Source: an uncultured Deferribacteres bacterium
GTDB lineage: Bacteria > Zhuqueibacterota > JdFR-76 > DREG01
Assembly (NCBI GenBank): GCA_913009825.1
Contig: CAJVYQ010000002.1
Coordinates: 82,675 to 146,674, forward strand
Direction of reading: 5' to 3'
Length of the DNA stretch: 64,000 bases
This document shows, in pieces, positions 52,171-62,425 of this stretch; position 1 is the first letter of the stretch; each line of letters begins with the position of its first letter. The notes under the pieces were generated by a model. The model saw only the letters and a program-made list of their open reading frames with translations. It was not told the DNA's origin and ran no database searches. Made by a program: the position numbers and the translations under genes.

Positions 52171-52767
52171 ATGTTCTATTCTTCACCTTCCCTTGAAAAT
52201 TTAATCGGAGAGCTCTCCCGGTTGCCGGGAATTGGCCGGAAAAGCGCCCAGAGGCTGGCGTTTTTTATTTTGAAGCGATCCGATGAAGATGCGGAAAAAC
52301 TGGCCGAGGCAATTGTGCGGATAAAAAGGAACACACGGTTTTGTTCGGTCTGTTCTAACATTACCGAAACCGATCCGTGCAGTATTTGCAGCGATACTAA
52401 AAGAGACCGCAAAACAATTTGTGTGGTAGAAGAACCTCATGATATTTTAGCGGTTGAAAAGTTAGGTCAATATTTTGGTCTCTATCATGTTTTAGGTGGC
52501 GTGCTTTCTCCTCTGGACAATATCGGCCCGGAGGATTTAAACATTAAATCACTGTTAAACAGATGCACAGAGGATGTTGACGAAATAATTGTCGCAACCA
52601 ATCCAAGTATTGAAGGAGAAGCAACCGCACTTTATTTGTCCCGGCTGATTAAACCGTTGGGGAAAAAAATTACCCGCATTGCCCGTGGAATACCTGCTGG
52701 CAGTGACCTTGAGTTTGTTGATGATGTTACCTTAATTCGTGCCTTTGAAGGAAGAAGTGATCTTTAA
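52171..52767 (+). CDS. recR: Recombination mediator RecR
   Basis: LPGIGRKSAQR, C4 zinc finger, EGEATA. Confidence 0.97.
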   Translation: MFYSSPSLENLIGELSRLPGIGRKSAQRLAFFILKRSDEDAEKLAEAIVRIKRNTRFCSVCSNITETDPCSICSDTKRDRKTICVVEEPHDILAVEKLGQYFGLYHVLGGVLSPLDNIGPEDLNIKSLLNRCTEDVDEIIVATNPSIEGEATALYLSRLIKPLGKKITRIARGIPAGSDLEFVDDVTLIRAFEGRSDL

Positions 52768-52870
52768 TGCTTGAAAAATGGTTTAAAATTTCTTATTCTT
52801 TTAGAGAAAGTATCTTATCAATATACAGTAAAGCAGGCTTGGTAAAATTTCCAAACAGGAGAAAAACCGC

Positions 52871-53491
52871 ATGACATTGCCAAATCAATTGTCAGTGCTG
52901 CGTATTATTCTAACGCCTCTTTTTATCGTCACTTATCTGATGAATGGTATTTGGATGAATTACCTGTCATTCCTGATTTTTTTTATTGCTTCCATAACGG
53001 ATTATTATGACGGCGTTTTGGCGCGCCGCTATGGAGTTTCTACAACCTGGGGCCGGTTTTTAGATCCTCTGGCCGATAAAATTCTTGTTTCCTCAGCTTT
53101 TATTGCTTTTATGGTCAGCGGCATCGTTGAAGTGTGGATGGTAATTTTAATTGTTGTCCGCGATGTTATAATCACTGCGCTACGCTCTTACGCCATGTAT
53201 AAAAACCATCCGATTGTCACTTCTTACCTGGCTAAAGTGAAAACCTTCGTTCAGATTGGAGTGCTTTATTTTATCTTTGGATTTGTTCTGCTGGAGAAAA
53301 CCTTTGTTCTGAATAACAGAGATCTCTCCATCATCGACAAAATCAATTCCTGGAATTTAATTTATCTTTCCATGTTGTTTGTAACCTTACTCACTTTAGC
53401 AACAGGGGTAAAATATTTGGTGGAAAATCATTCCCAGCTCAAAAATTTGGCACTGGATTTCTACCATGTTTTTGTTCCTTCGGATCTGTAA
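52871..53491 (+). CDS. pgsA: CDP-diacylglycerol--glycerol-3-phosphate 3-phosphatidyltransferase
   Basis: LPNQLS.LR, TDYYDGVLARR..G.FLDPLADK. Confidence 0.93.
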   Translation: MTLPNQLSVLRIILTPLFIVTYLMNGIWMNYLSFLIFFIASITDYYDGVLARRYGVSTTWGRFLDPLADKILVSSAFIAFMVSGIVEVWMVILIVVRDVIITALRSYAMYKNHPIVTSYLAKVKTFVQIGVLYFIFGFVLLEKTFVLNNRDLSIIDKINSWNLIYLSMLFVTLLTLATGVKYLVENHSQLKNLALDFYHVFVPSDL

Positions 53492-53497
53492 GTTTTC

Positions 53498-53947
53498 ATG
53501 TTTCGAACCACCTATTTTCTCGCAACAGGATTTTATAGCGGTTATTCTCCCCTTGCACCGGGAACTGCCGGGAGTCTTGTACTTCTCTTGATTTTTTTGT
53601 TTCTACCACCGTTTAGTATCCCGATTCTTCTGATAAGCGCTTTTTTCTTTTTTCTGATTGGGGTATGGGCTGCCACAAAAGTGTCCCGTGAAAAAGGGGA
53701 AGATCCGTCCATTGTGGTGATCGATGAAATGTTAGGGATGCTTGTTGTGCTAATCGGATGTCCCAGAACCCTTTTCTCCGTTTTGATCGCATTTGTTCTG
53801 TTCCGGTTTTTTGATATTGTAAAACCGTTCCCGGTTAGAAATGCAGAACGTTTGCCTTCCGGTTGGGGCATCATGATGGACGACCTTCTTGCCGGACTCT
53901 ATGCGCTTTTGATTGTGCAAATTTTACTAGCGGTACAAATTTTATGA
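53498..53947 (+). CDS. pgpA: Phosphatidylglycerophosphatase A
   Basis: APGTAGS, DPSIVVIDE, FRFFDIVKP, GIMMDDLLAG. Confidence 0.95.
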   Translation: MFRTTYFLATGFYSGYSPLAPGTAGSLVLLLIFLFLPPFSIPILLISAFFFFLIGVWAATKVSREKGEDPSIVVIDEMLGMLVVLIGCPRTLFSVLIAFVLFRFFDIVKPFPVRNAERLPSGWGIMMDDLLAGLYALLIVQILLAVQIL

Positions 53948-55185
53948 AAACGGAAATCATCACCATCGGCAATGAGTTGTTGAACGGTAGTACACCGGAC
54001 ACCAATGCTACCTGGATTGCAGACCAACTTTGGTGTGCAGGGATCAGGACGGAGCGGATTGTAACCATCGGCGATGAATCGCAGGAAATCCGGGATGCTT
54101 TACGCCAATCCCTGGACCGGGCGCAAATTATTCTGGTTACCGGTGGTTTGGGGCCCACACACGATGATATTACCAAAAAGAGTGTGGCGGACTTTTTCAA
54201 TCTTCCCCTCGTGGAAAATTTGGTGTTGCGGCAGAAAATCGAAGAGCGCTTTGCAAAGCGCGGAATTCCAATGCCTAAAATCAATTTGGAACAGGCGTGG
54301 ATACCGAAAGGGTCAAAAATACTACCCAATAAAATCGGCACCGCAGCCGGTTTTTCCATCCAAAGAGAGAAGAAGTTTTGTTTTGTCATGCCCGGCGTTC
54401 CCTCGGAAATGAAAGGAATGCTAAGGGACTCGGTACTGCCCTTTCTGCAAAAGAAATTTGGCAACGAAACCGGGAATCTGTTTTCCCTGACCATCCGAAC
54501 TACCGGTATTTACGAATCTAAATTGTATGAAATTTTGTCACCGGTTTTTGAAAAACACGGGGAAGTACAAATTGCGTCTCTACCTCACCGCTTCGGTGTG
54601 GATTTGCGTTTAACGGCATCCGGAAATTCCAGGCAGGAAGCAGAAAAGAAAGTGACAAATGTTAAAGATAGTATTGTAGCCAAAATTGCTGCTTATGTTT
54701 ATGAAGTGGGGAATCGCAATTTAGAGAACGTGGTATCAGAATTATTAAAACGGAGACAGGCAACGCTTGCCGTTGCCGAATCCTGCACCGGCGGGTTGAT
54801 CAACCACCTTTTCACAAATATTCCGGGAAGCTCCGATTTTCTATTAGGAGGTGTGGTTGCGTATGAAAACGCTGTAAAAATTAATTTGCTTGGGGTGTCT
54901 CGGAAGACGCTGGAAAAATTTGGCGCGGTCAGCAGGGAAACCGCGTTGGAAATGGCGAAGGGCGTACAAAAAGCAACAAATTCCAATTGTGCTATCTCCA
55001 CAACCGGAATTGCCGGGCCTTCCGGTGGAACGGAAGAAAAACCGGTTGGACTGGTTTATATCGGAGTTGCTGTCGATGATGATGTTCAGATTGAAAAATA
55101 TATTTTTCACAAAGAGAGGATGATCAATAAATACCGTTTTGCTTACGCTGCGATGAATCTGTTGCGCACTAAATTACTGACTTAA
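53944..55185 (+). CDS. cinA: Competence/damage-inducible protein CinA (with NMN deamidase domain)
   Basis: IGNELL.G..DTN, TGGLGPTHDDIT, AESCTGG, TGIAGP. Confidence 0.95.
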   Translation: MKTEIITIGNELLNGSTPDTNATWIADQLWCAGIRTERIVTIGDESQEIRDALRQSLDRAQIILVTGGLGPTHDDITKKSVADFFNLPLVENLVLRQKIEERFAKRGIPMPKINLEQAWIPKGSKILPNKIGTAAGFSIQREKKFCFVMPGVPSEMKGMLRDSVLPFLQKKFGNETGNLFSLTIRTTGIYESKLYEILSPVFEKHGEVQIASLPHRFGVDLRLTASGNSRQEAEKKVTNVKDSIVAKIAAYVYEVGNRNLENVVSELLKRRQATLAVAESCTGGLINHLFTNIPGSSDFLLGGVVAYENAVKINLLGVSRKTLEKFGAVSRETALEMAKGVQKATNSNCAISTTGIAGPSGGTEEKPVGLVYIGVAVDDDVQIEKYIFHKERMINKYRFAYAAMNLLRTKLLT

Positions 55186-55288
55186 ATTGTTTTGGCCGTT
55201 TATTTTTTTTCAATGTCCTCTTTTTTTAAATAAAATACAAGATTATTTTTGCATTTTCAGGTAACTTTATTTACTTTATATAGTTATT

Positions 55289-55849
55289 ATGGTGAAGATT
55301 CGTACCTTTATAGCATTATCCATTTCGGATGAAGCAAAAGCGGCAATTGCACAGTTGATATCTAACAGCCGGGATTCAGTTACCGCTGTACGTTGGGTAA
55401 AGCCGGAAAATATGCATCTGACAATTAAATTTTTAGGTGTTGTGGACGAAAAAAATTTGCCGGAAATAGAAAACGCATTAACCGAAAGCGTTAAAAAGAT
55501 TGAACCGTTTCATTATCAGCTTAACGGAACCGGTTGTTTTCCCAATTGTCGGCACCCCCGTGTTCTTTGGGTCGGAATTGGCGAGTCAGGCGGTTCCCTG
55601 CAGCATCTGTATGAAAACATAGAAGAAAGATTGGTAAAAATCGGCTTGCCAAAAGAAAAAAGAAATTTTAATCCCCATTTAACCGTGGGCAGAGTGAAAG
55701 ACAGTCGTAAAATGATGCCCGACCTCTCACCGTTTTTGAGTTCCTCTATCGGCGAATTAAAAACTGAGGTAACAGAGGTTAAGCTGATAAAAAGTATTTT
55801 ACAGCCCTCGGGTGCGAGATATGTACCCTTGTTTGCAGCAAAATTTTGA
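55289..55849 (+). CDS. thpR: RNA 2',3'-cyclic phosphodiesterase
   Basis: RTFIA and two HxT motifs (HLTIKFLG, PHLTVGR). Confidence 0.93.
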   Translation: MVKIRTFIALSISDEAKAAIAQLISNSRDSVTAVRWVKPENMHLTIKFLGVVDEKNLPEIENALTESVKKIEPFHYQLNGTGCFPNCRHPRVLWVGIGESGGSLQHLYENIEERLVKIGLPKEKRNFNPHLTVGRVKDSRKMMPDLSPFLSSSIGELKTEVTEVKLIKSILQPSGARYVPLFAAKF

Positions 55850-55877
55850 CAATAAAAAAAGAAAAGGATAAAACTTA

Positions 55878-56942
55878 ATGAATGATAATTCTGAAGTACG
55901 CACAGAAAAACAGAAAGCTCTGGAATTGGCCATGGCGCAGATTGACCGGCAATTTGGCAAAGGATCGGTCATGCGATTGGGTGACAATCGGGCGGTAATT
56001 GAGATTACTGCCATTTCAACCGGCTCTATTTCTCTGGATGCAGCGCTGGGCATCGGCGGCATTCCGCAAGGGAGGATCTCGGAAATATTTGGCCCGGAAT
56101 CATCAGGGAAAACCACATTGGCCCTGCATATCATCGCAGAAGCGCAGAAACGTGGTGGTTTGGCTGCCTTCATCGATGCGGAACATGCATTGGATGCGGT
56201 ATATGCGAAAAACCTGGGCGTAGATACAGACAATCTGTTGATTTCCCAGCCGGATACGGGAGAGCAGGCTCTGGAAATCACGGAAACGCTGGTAAGGTCT
56301 AATGCTCTGGATGTTTTGGTTATAGATTCTGTCGCGGCGCTTGTGCCCCGGGCGGAAATTGAGGGCGAAATGGGTGATGCGCAGATGGGACTGCAGGCCC
56401 GGCTCATGTCTCAGGCGATGCGGAAACTTTCCGGCGCTATTTCCAAATCGAAAGCGTGTGTTATCTTTATCAACCAGATTCGGGAAAAAATAGGCGTCAT
56501 GTTTGGCAATCCGGAAACAACTACCGGCGGACGGGCGCTGAAATTTTATGCATCGGTTCGCATCGATATCCGGCGTGTGGCTTCTATTAAATCGGGCGAT
56601 TCCATTGTGGGTAACCGTACACGGGCGAAGGTTGTGAAAAATAAAGTAGCGTCGCCCTTTAGAGAGGGTAATTTTGATATCATGTACGGAACCGGAATTT
56701 CCAGAGAAGGCGAGCTGCTTGATTTGGCTGTTAATGAAAATGTTGTGGATAAATCCGGGACCTGGTTCTCTTATGGGGAAGAAAGATTAGGACAGGGTAG
56801 GGAAAACGTGAAAAAGATGCTGCAGGAAAATCCGGATTTATTGCAGGACATCGAGAACAAGGTGCGGGAAAAATTAGGCCTGATCAAAACGGCTGAGAAT
56901 CAGGCAAAAACATCCGACACAACCCAGCGGAAAGGAAAATAA
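55878..56942 (+). CDS. recA: Recombinase RecA
   Basis: [34 protein letters not shown]. Confidence 0.99.
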   Translation: MNDNSEVRTEKQKALELAMAQIDRQFGKGSVMRLGDNRAVIEITAISTGSISLDAALGIGGIPQGRISEIFGPESSGKTTLALHIIAEAQKRGGLAAFIDAEHALDAVYAKNLGVDTDNLLISQPDTGEQALEITETLVRSNALDVLVIDSVAALVPRAEIEGEMGDAQMGLQARLMSQAMRKLSGAISKSKACVIFINQIREKIGVMFGNPETTTGGRALKFYASVRIDIRRVASIKSGDSIVGNRTRAKVVKNKVASPFREGNFDIMYGTGISREGELLDLAVNENVVDKSGTWFSYGEERLGQGRENVKKMLQENPDLLQDIENKVREKLGLIKTAENQAKTSDTTQRKGK

Positions 56943-56951
56943 TTTTTTTAT

Positions 56952-57605
56952 GTGGCGTATCGGGTGACGAATTTTGTTAAGATAACGAAAATCGAGCAGC
57001 AGAAAAAGAGAAAGAATCGTTATTCGATCTTTGTTGACGGCGAATATTCTTTTTCCGTTGACGCCGAAATTCTTTTACAACATAATTTAACTGCCGGCCA
57101 AACGGTTTCTGAAAAACAGACTGCAAAACTTCTGGTGGAGGATGAATTAAAAAGGGGTAAAATTCAGGCCTTTCGCTATTTAGCTATTCGGGATCACAGT
57201 GAAAAAGAGTTGGCGGACAAGTTAAAAAAGAAGGCTTTTTCCGAACCGGTTATACGGGATGTGATCTCCGCTTTGAAAGAGAAACATTTTTTAAACGATG
57301 CCGCTTTTGCTGAAATATTCGCCCGCAATCGTTTGATACAAAAACCGGTAGGTCGCCGTCGACTCAGATTCGACTTGGGGAAAAAAGGAATCTCAGAAAC
57401 GATTCTGGATGAAACGCTGACTGCCGTGTACGAAGAATTTAACGAATCTGAACTTGCCCGGCAGCTTGCAGAAAAGAAGATGAAATTATTACAAAATCAA
57501 GAGCCCCAAAAGGCAAAACAAAAGTTGGCCGATTTTTTACTGCGACGCGGTTTTGACTGGGAAATTGTTCAGCAAATATTGGCAGAATTTGAACGGCATA
57601 ATTAA
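56952..57605 (+). CDS. recX: Regulatory protein RecX
   Basis: LAIRDHSEKEL, LNDAAFA, L.KKGI, LLRRGF; downstream of recA. Confidence 0.93.
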   Translation: MAYRVTNFVKITKIEQQKKRKNRYSIFVDGEYSFSVDAEILLQHNLTAGQTVSEKQTAKLLVEDELKRGKIQAFRYLAIRDHSEKELADKLKKKAFSEPVIRDVISALKEKHFLNDAAFAEIFARNRLIQKPVGRRRLRFDLGKKGISETILDETLTAVYEEFNESELARQLAEKKMKLLQNQEPQKAKQKLADFLLRRGFDWEIVQQILAEFERHN

Positions 57606-57619
57606 GAAAAGAATGTGAT

Positions 57620-60247
57620 TTGAATATGATGACAGCAAATGAAATCAGAAGCACTTTTTTAGATTTTTTTAAAGGTAAGGGACATAAAATTGTTCGCAGC
57701 GCGCCGGTGATTCCTTACGCTGATCCCACTCTGCTGTTCACCAATGCCGGCATGAATCAGTTTAAAAACTTATTTTTAGGCGTGGAAAAACCGGAGGCGC
57801 CCCGCATTGCCGATACGCAAAAATGCATCCGTGTGAGCGGGAAACACAACGATCTTGAAGAAGTAGGCAGGGATACGTACCATCACACTCTGTTTGAAAT
57901 GCTGGGCAACTGGTCCTTTGGCGATTATTTCAAAAAAGAAGCCATAGAATGGGCTTGGGAATTATTAACTGAGGTTTGGCAGATTCCCAAAGAGCGTCTC
58001 TACGCTACGGTTTTTGGCGGCGACGACAAGGAAGGTTTACCCCCGGACGAAGAAGCCGAACAATACTGGAAAGAAGTGGCCGGTATCGAACCGGCACATA
58101 TTCTGCGATTTGGTAAAAAAGATAATTTCTGGGAGATGGGAGAAACCGGGCCGTGCGGTCCCTGCTCGGAAATTCATATCGATTTAACCCCGGATAAAAC
58201 CGCCGGAAATCTTGTGAATGCCGGTCATCCCAATATAATTGAAATCTGGAATTTGGTTTTTATTCAATACAACCGGACAGAAGACGGCCAATTGGAACAA
58301 CTTCCCGCCAGGCATGTGGATACGGGGATGGGATTCGAGCGCCTGGTTGCTGTTTTGCAGGGTGTGAAGTCCAATTACGACACCGATGTTTTTAAACCGT
58401 TGCTGCAGGCTATCGATGAACTCACCGAAGTTGAATATTCTTCTTATGATGGTATTGCCCACCGCGTCATTGCCGACCATGCCCGTGCTTTGACCTTTGC
58501 CATTGCCGATGGCGCCCTGCCGTCCAACGAAGGCCGGGGTTATGTTTTACGGCGGATTTTGCGCCGCGCCGCCCGTTACGGCCGTAAATTGAACATGCAT
58601 GAACCGTTTATTTACAAATTAGTCTCCGTTTTGGCTGATACTATGGGTGACACATTTCCGGAATTGATTGAAAAGAATCAATATGTGGCGATGGTCATTA
58701 AAGCGGAAGAGGAAGGTTTCAATAATACACTCGACCGCGGCATTGAAATTTTTGATCGCATCAGTGACAACTTGATCAAAAAAAATAAAATGATCTTTCC
58801 AGGGGATGCCGTTTTTCAATTGTACGATACGTTTGGGTTTCCAACCGATTTAACCCGCTTAATGGCTGAAGAAAAGCAGTTGCAGGTGGATATGGCCGGT
58901 TTCGAAACAGCCATGGCCGGGCAGCGCCGCCGGGCGAAAGATGTCCGGCAGCGTAAATTTGAAGTTAAAGAATTTTTTACCGATGGCAAAGAGGTGAAAA
59001 ATTCCGAATTTGTCGGTTATTCTGAACTCCGTGCCAGAGTAAAAATTGTGGCTTTCAATGAAAATGAATTTCTCCTGGATCGAACACCGTTTTACGGCGA
59101 ATCCGGCGGTCAGGTTGGTGACAAAGGCGTTGTTTACGATCCGTCCGGTTCGTTCAAAGTCCGCGTGATTGATACTATAAAATCGGCGAACCGGATTGTG
59201 CATGTGGGCAAATTGGCAACCGGGACTTTCGCCGGCGCAATCAACAAAGGACTCATTGCGGAAGTGGAAGCACGTTTACGCAAATCCACAGCCGGAAATC
59301 ACACGGCAACCCATTTGCTGCATAAAGCTTTAAAGAGTGTTTTGGGCGATCATGTGAATCAGGCGGGTTCGCTGGTAACACCGGAGCGGCTGCGTTTCGA
59401 TGTAACCCATTTTGAAAAAATTTCCGATGATCAGTTAGACCGGGTGGAAGAGATTGTCAACGAACAGGTTCGCCGTAATCATCCGGTGACCGCTTTGTCA
59501 CGCACCTATGATGAAGCAAAACAGATGGGGGCCTCGGCGCTGTTCGGAGAAAAATACGGCGATGTGGTGCGGATTGTCAAAATCGATGATTACAGCATGG
59601 AACTTTGCGGCGGTACTCATTTGAATGCGACGGGTGAAATCGGCTATTTCCGGATTGTTTCGGAAAGCAGTGTTGCCGCCGGGGTTCGCCGGATCGAAGC
59701 GGTAACAGGCGAAGCGGCTGACCGGCTGGTTCGGACAGAAAAAAATGAAGTAAACAGAACAAAAATGATTTTAGGTGTACCGGAAACCGGAATTACGCAA
59801 AAAGTGAAAAATCTATTGGAAGAGCGCAAACAACTACTGAAGGAAGTAAGTGAACTTCACATTAAACTTTCTTCGCAAAATCTGGATGCGTTAATTAAAA
59901 ATGCCGAATTAATCGACGGGTTTAAATTTGTTTCCGAAAAAATCACCGTGGAATCTGTTGATGAGATGAAAAAATTGGGCGATTTGGTGCGTGCCAAATT
60001 GAAAAGCGGTATCGGCGTTCTCGGTTCAATTATTGATGAAAAACCGTTTCTTCTCTGCGTTGTAACCGATGATTTGATAAAATCGAAAAATCTGAGGGCG
60101 GGAGATATTATTAAACAACTGGCAAAATACATCAACGGCGGCGGCGGCGGACGGCCGCACATGGCGCAGGCCGGAGGAAAAGATGCCGGTAAAATAGATG
60201 TTGCGCTTACAAAAGCAAGCGGCGCCATAAAAGATCTAATCGCTTAA
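57620..60247 (+). CDS. alaS: Alanine--tRNA ligase
   Basis: FTNAGMNQFK, EMLGNWSFGDYFK, NHTATHLLH, ELCGGTH, GGGGRP. Confidence 0.98.
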   Translation: MNMMTANEIRSTFLDFFKGKGHKIVRSAPVIPYADPTLLFTNAGMNQFKNLFLGVEKPEAPRIADTQKCIRVSGKHNDLEEVGRDTYHHTLFEMLGNWSFGDYFKKEAIEWAWELLTEVWQIPKERLYATVFGGDDKEGLPPDEEAEQYWKEVAGIEPAHILRFGKKDNFWEMGETGPCGPCSEIHIDLTPDKTAGNLVNAGHPNIIEIWNLVFIQYNRTEDGQLEQLPARHVDTGMGFERLVAVLQGVKSNYDTDVFKPLLQAIDELTEVEYSSYDGIAHRVIADHARALTFAIADGALPSNEGRGYVLRRILRRAARYGRKLNMHEPFIYKLVSVLADTMGDTFPELIEKNQYVAMVIKAEEEGFNNTLDRGIEIFDRISDNLIKKNKMIFPGDAVFQLYDTFGFPTDLTRLMAEEKQLQVDMAGFETAMAGQRRRAKDVRQRKFEVKEFFTDGKEVKNSEFVGYSELRARVKIVAFNENEFLLDRTPFYGESGGQVGDKGVVYDPSGSFKVRVIDTIKSANRIVHVGKLATGTFAGAINKGLIAEVEARLRKSTAGNHTATHLLHKALKSVLGDHVNQAGSLVTPERLRFDVTHFEKISDDQLDRVEEIVNEQVRRNHPVTALSRTYDEAKQMGASALFGEKYGDVVRIVKIDDYSMELCGGTHLNATGEIGYFRIVSESSVAAGVRRIEAVTGEAADRLVRTEKNEVNRTKMILGVPETGITQKVKNLLEERKQLLKEVSELHIKLSSQNLDALIKNAELIDGFKFVSEKITVESVDEMKKLGDLVRAKLKSGIGVLGSIIDEKPFLLCVVTDDLIKSKNLRAGDIIKQLAKYINGGGGGRPHMAQAGGKDAGKIDVALTKASGAIKDLIA

Positions 60248-60261
60248 ATATTGAGGTATGA

Positions 60262-61008
60262 TTGAACAACACATATCAACATATTCTCTCTACAATTGAA
60301 AAGAAAAGCACGAACTTTTTTGTGCTGATCGATCCGGATAAAACCAATATTGCCGATGCTATTTTGACGTGCAATATGGCCCAGGAGGCCGGGGCGGATG
60401 GAATCCTGATCGGCGGCAGTTTGCTTTTTTCCAACCAGTTCGATGAATTTATTTTGGGTGTAAAACGTGAAACCACGCTGCCGCTCATTATTTTTCCCGG
60501 CAATTCCCGGCAAATATCCCCCCATGCCGATGCGATTCTGTTCCTGTCCTTTATCAGTAGCCGTAATCCTAATTATTTGATCGGTGAACAGGTAATCGCC
60601 GCGCCGATTATCAGATCGATGAATCTGGAACCCATTTCAACCGGTTACATGCACATCGAATCCGGCAATGTAACCACAGTTGAATTTTTGAGCGGCTCCC
60701 GTTCCATTCCCAGAAACAAAACGGACATTGCTGTGGCACATGCCCTGGCAGCGGAATATATGGGCATGAAACTGATCTACCTGGAAGCCGGCAGCGGGGC
60801 GCATCTTTCTGTGCCAAATGAGATGATTGCGGAAATTTCCAGCCAAGTGACTGTTCCGGTTGTTGTGGGTGGCGGTATAAAAACGCCGGGGGAAGCGCGG
60901 GAAAAAGTGGTGGCAGGTGCAAAAATAATTGTCATCGGTAATTTTTTGGAGAAACATTTTTCTCTTCAAAATGTCCGGGAATTTTCTAATGCCGTGCACG
61001 GCGCGTAG
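60262..61008 (+). CDS. Geranylgeranylglyceryl/heptaprenylglyceryl phosphate synthase
   Basis: LIDPDK, IGGS, FPG, YLEAGSGA, VGGGI. Confidence 0.9.
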   Translation: MNNTYQHILSTIEKKSTNFFVLIDPDKTNIADAILTCNMAQEAGADGILIGGSLLFSNQFDEFILGVKRETTLPLIIFPGNSRQISPHADAILFLSFISSRNPNYLIGEQVIAAPIIRSMNLEPISTGYMHIESGNVTTVEFLSGSRSIPRNKTDIAVAHALAAEYMGMKLIYLEAGSGAHLSVPNEMIAEISSQVTVPVVVGGGIKTPGEAREKVVAGAKIIVIGNFLEKHFSLQNVREFSNAVHGA

Positions 61009-61022
61009 GGAGTTCTTTTTTT

Positions 61023-61826
61023 ATGGTTGATATCCATTCCCATCTTCTCCCCGATTATGATGACGGCCCCCCCACCATCGACCACACCCGCAAAATGCTG
61101 GAAGTGGCGGAACAGGGCGGCACCAGAATAATTGTCGCCACACCGCATATTCTTGATATAACGGATTATGACCGGGAAGATGAAATACTGCATAAATTTA
61201 ATCTGGTGCGGGAGTTGATTAAAAAAGACGGCCGGAATCTAAAAATTTTTCTTGCCGGTGAAATTTTTTTGTTTCCGGATACAAAATTAGACCGTGTCTT
61301 TTCTACGTTTAATAATAAAAAAAAATATGCTCTGGTTGAATTTGGCATGCGGCAAATTCCGGATTTCGTCCCGCAAAAATTATTTGATTTTGTCATGAAA
61401 GGGTTGCGACCAATTTTGGCTCATCCGGAGCGCTACATTCCCATTATTAAATTCCCCCAATATGCTTATAAATTTGTCCAGATGGATGTGGCGCTGCAGA
61501 TGAATGCGGGCAGTATTTTGGGCGCTTTCGGAGATTCGGTAAAACGCACAGCCCGGCAACTGCTCGAACATCGTTGCATTCATATCATTGCTTCCGACGG
61601 CCATAATATCAATTCCCGCTCTATTAATTTGGAGGAAGTGCGTAAATATATTGTCAACACTTATGGAGAAAAACAGGCAAAAATTCTACTGGAAGAGAAT
61701 CCGCTGCGGGCAATCCGGGGCGAACCTCTGATCAAAGAAGAACCGATTCCCTTTGAAGAGGAAACGGACGACAGGTCGATCTGGAACAGATTCAAAAAGA
61801 AAACAGGATTGGGTAAGTTTATTTGA
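61023..61826 (+). CDS. CpsB/YwqE-type PHP-family tyrosine-protein phosphatase
   Basis: DIHSHLLP..DDG, ATPH, AHPERY, ASDGH. Confidence 0.92.
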   Translation: MVDIHSHLLPDYDDGPPTIDHTRKMLEVAEQGGTRIIVATPHILDITDYDREDEILHKFNLVRELIKKDGRNLKIFLAGEIFLFPDTKLDRVFSTFNNKKKYALVEFGMRQIPDFVPQKLFDFVMKGLRPILAHPERYIPIIKFPQYAYKFVQMDVALQMNAGSILGAFGDSVKRTARQLLEHRCIHIIASDGHNINSRSINLEEVRKYIVNTYGEKQAKILLEENPLRAIRGEPLIKEEPIPFEEETDDRSIWNRFKKKTGLGKFI

Positions 61827-62425
61827 TGGATACAAAACGCAAAATGATCGAGCGGCAATTTACGGAAAGCGCGTCTGTGAAGACAAAAATGGCTGAGATG
61901 CTTCCCGCGGAAATAGAAACGGTTGGTGATGTTTTAATCCGGGCAATCCGGCAGCGGAAGAAAATTTTATGGTGCGGCAACGGAGGAAGCGCCGCCGATG
62001 CCCAGCATTTGTCTACCGAACTGGTCAGCCGTTTACGTTTCAACCGACCGGCGATCGCTTCCATCGCACTGACAACGGATACTTCCTTCCTGACGGCTCA
62101 TGCCAACGATTTTGGCTTCGATGATATTTTTGCCCGGCAGGTGGAAGCTTTGGGAAACGAAGGGGATGTGCTGATCGGTATCAGTACCAGCGGCAATTCG
62201 GAGAATATCATTCGCGCCATGGATCGGGCAAAACAGCGGAAAATTACCATGGTGGTTCTCTCCGGCAAAGACGGCGGTAAATTGAAGCGCATCGCTGATT
62301 ATAATTTGTCGGTCCCTTCCCGGGAAACGCAAAGAATTCAGGAAGGGCATATCACCATCGGCCACATTCTTTGCGATTTGATTGAACAGGAGTTGTATGC
62401 AGCAGAGTATGACCGGAATGGATGA
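61826..62425 (+). CDS. gmhA: D-sedoheptulose 7-phosphate isomerase
   Basis: CGNGGSAADAQH, ANDFGF, STSGNS, RIQEGH. Confidence 0.95.
   Translation: MDTKRKMIERQFTESASVKTKMAEMLPAEIETVGDVLIRAIRQRKKILWCGNGGSAADAQHLSTELVSRLRFNRPAIASIALTTDTSFLTAHANDFGFDDIFARQVEALGNEGDVLIGISTSGNSENIIRAMDRAKQRKITMVVLSGKDGGKLKRIADYNLSVPSRETQRIQEGHITIGHILCDLIEQELYAAEYDRNG

Noticed and set aside
55799..56407. 202-aa antisense ORF over recA (and similar ones over pta, cinA, alaS)
   Set aside because: Typical antisense shadows of conserved genes
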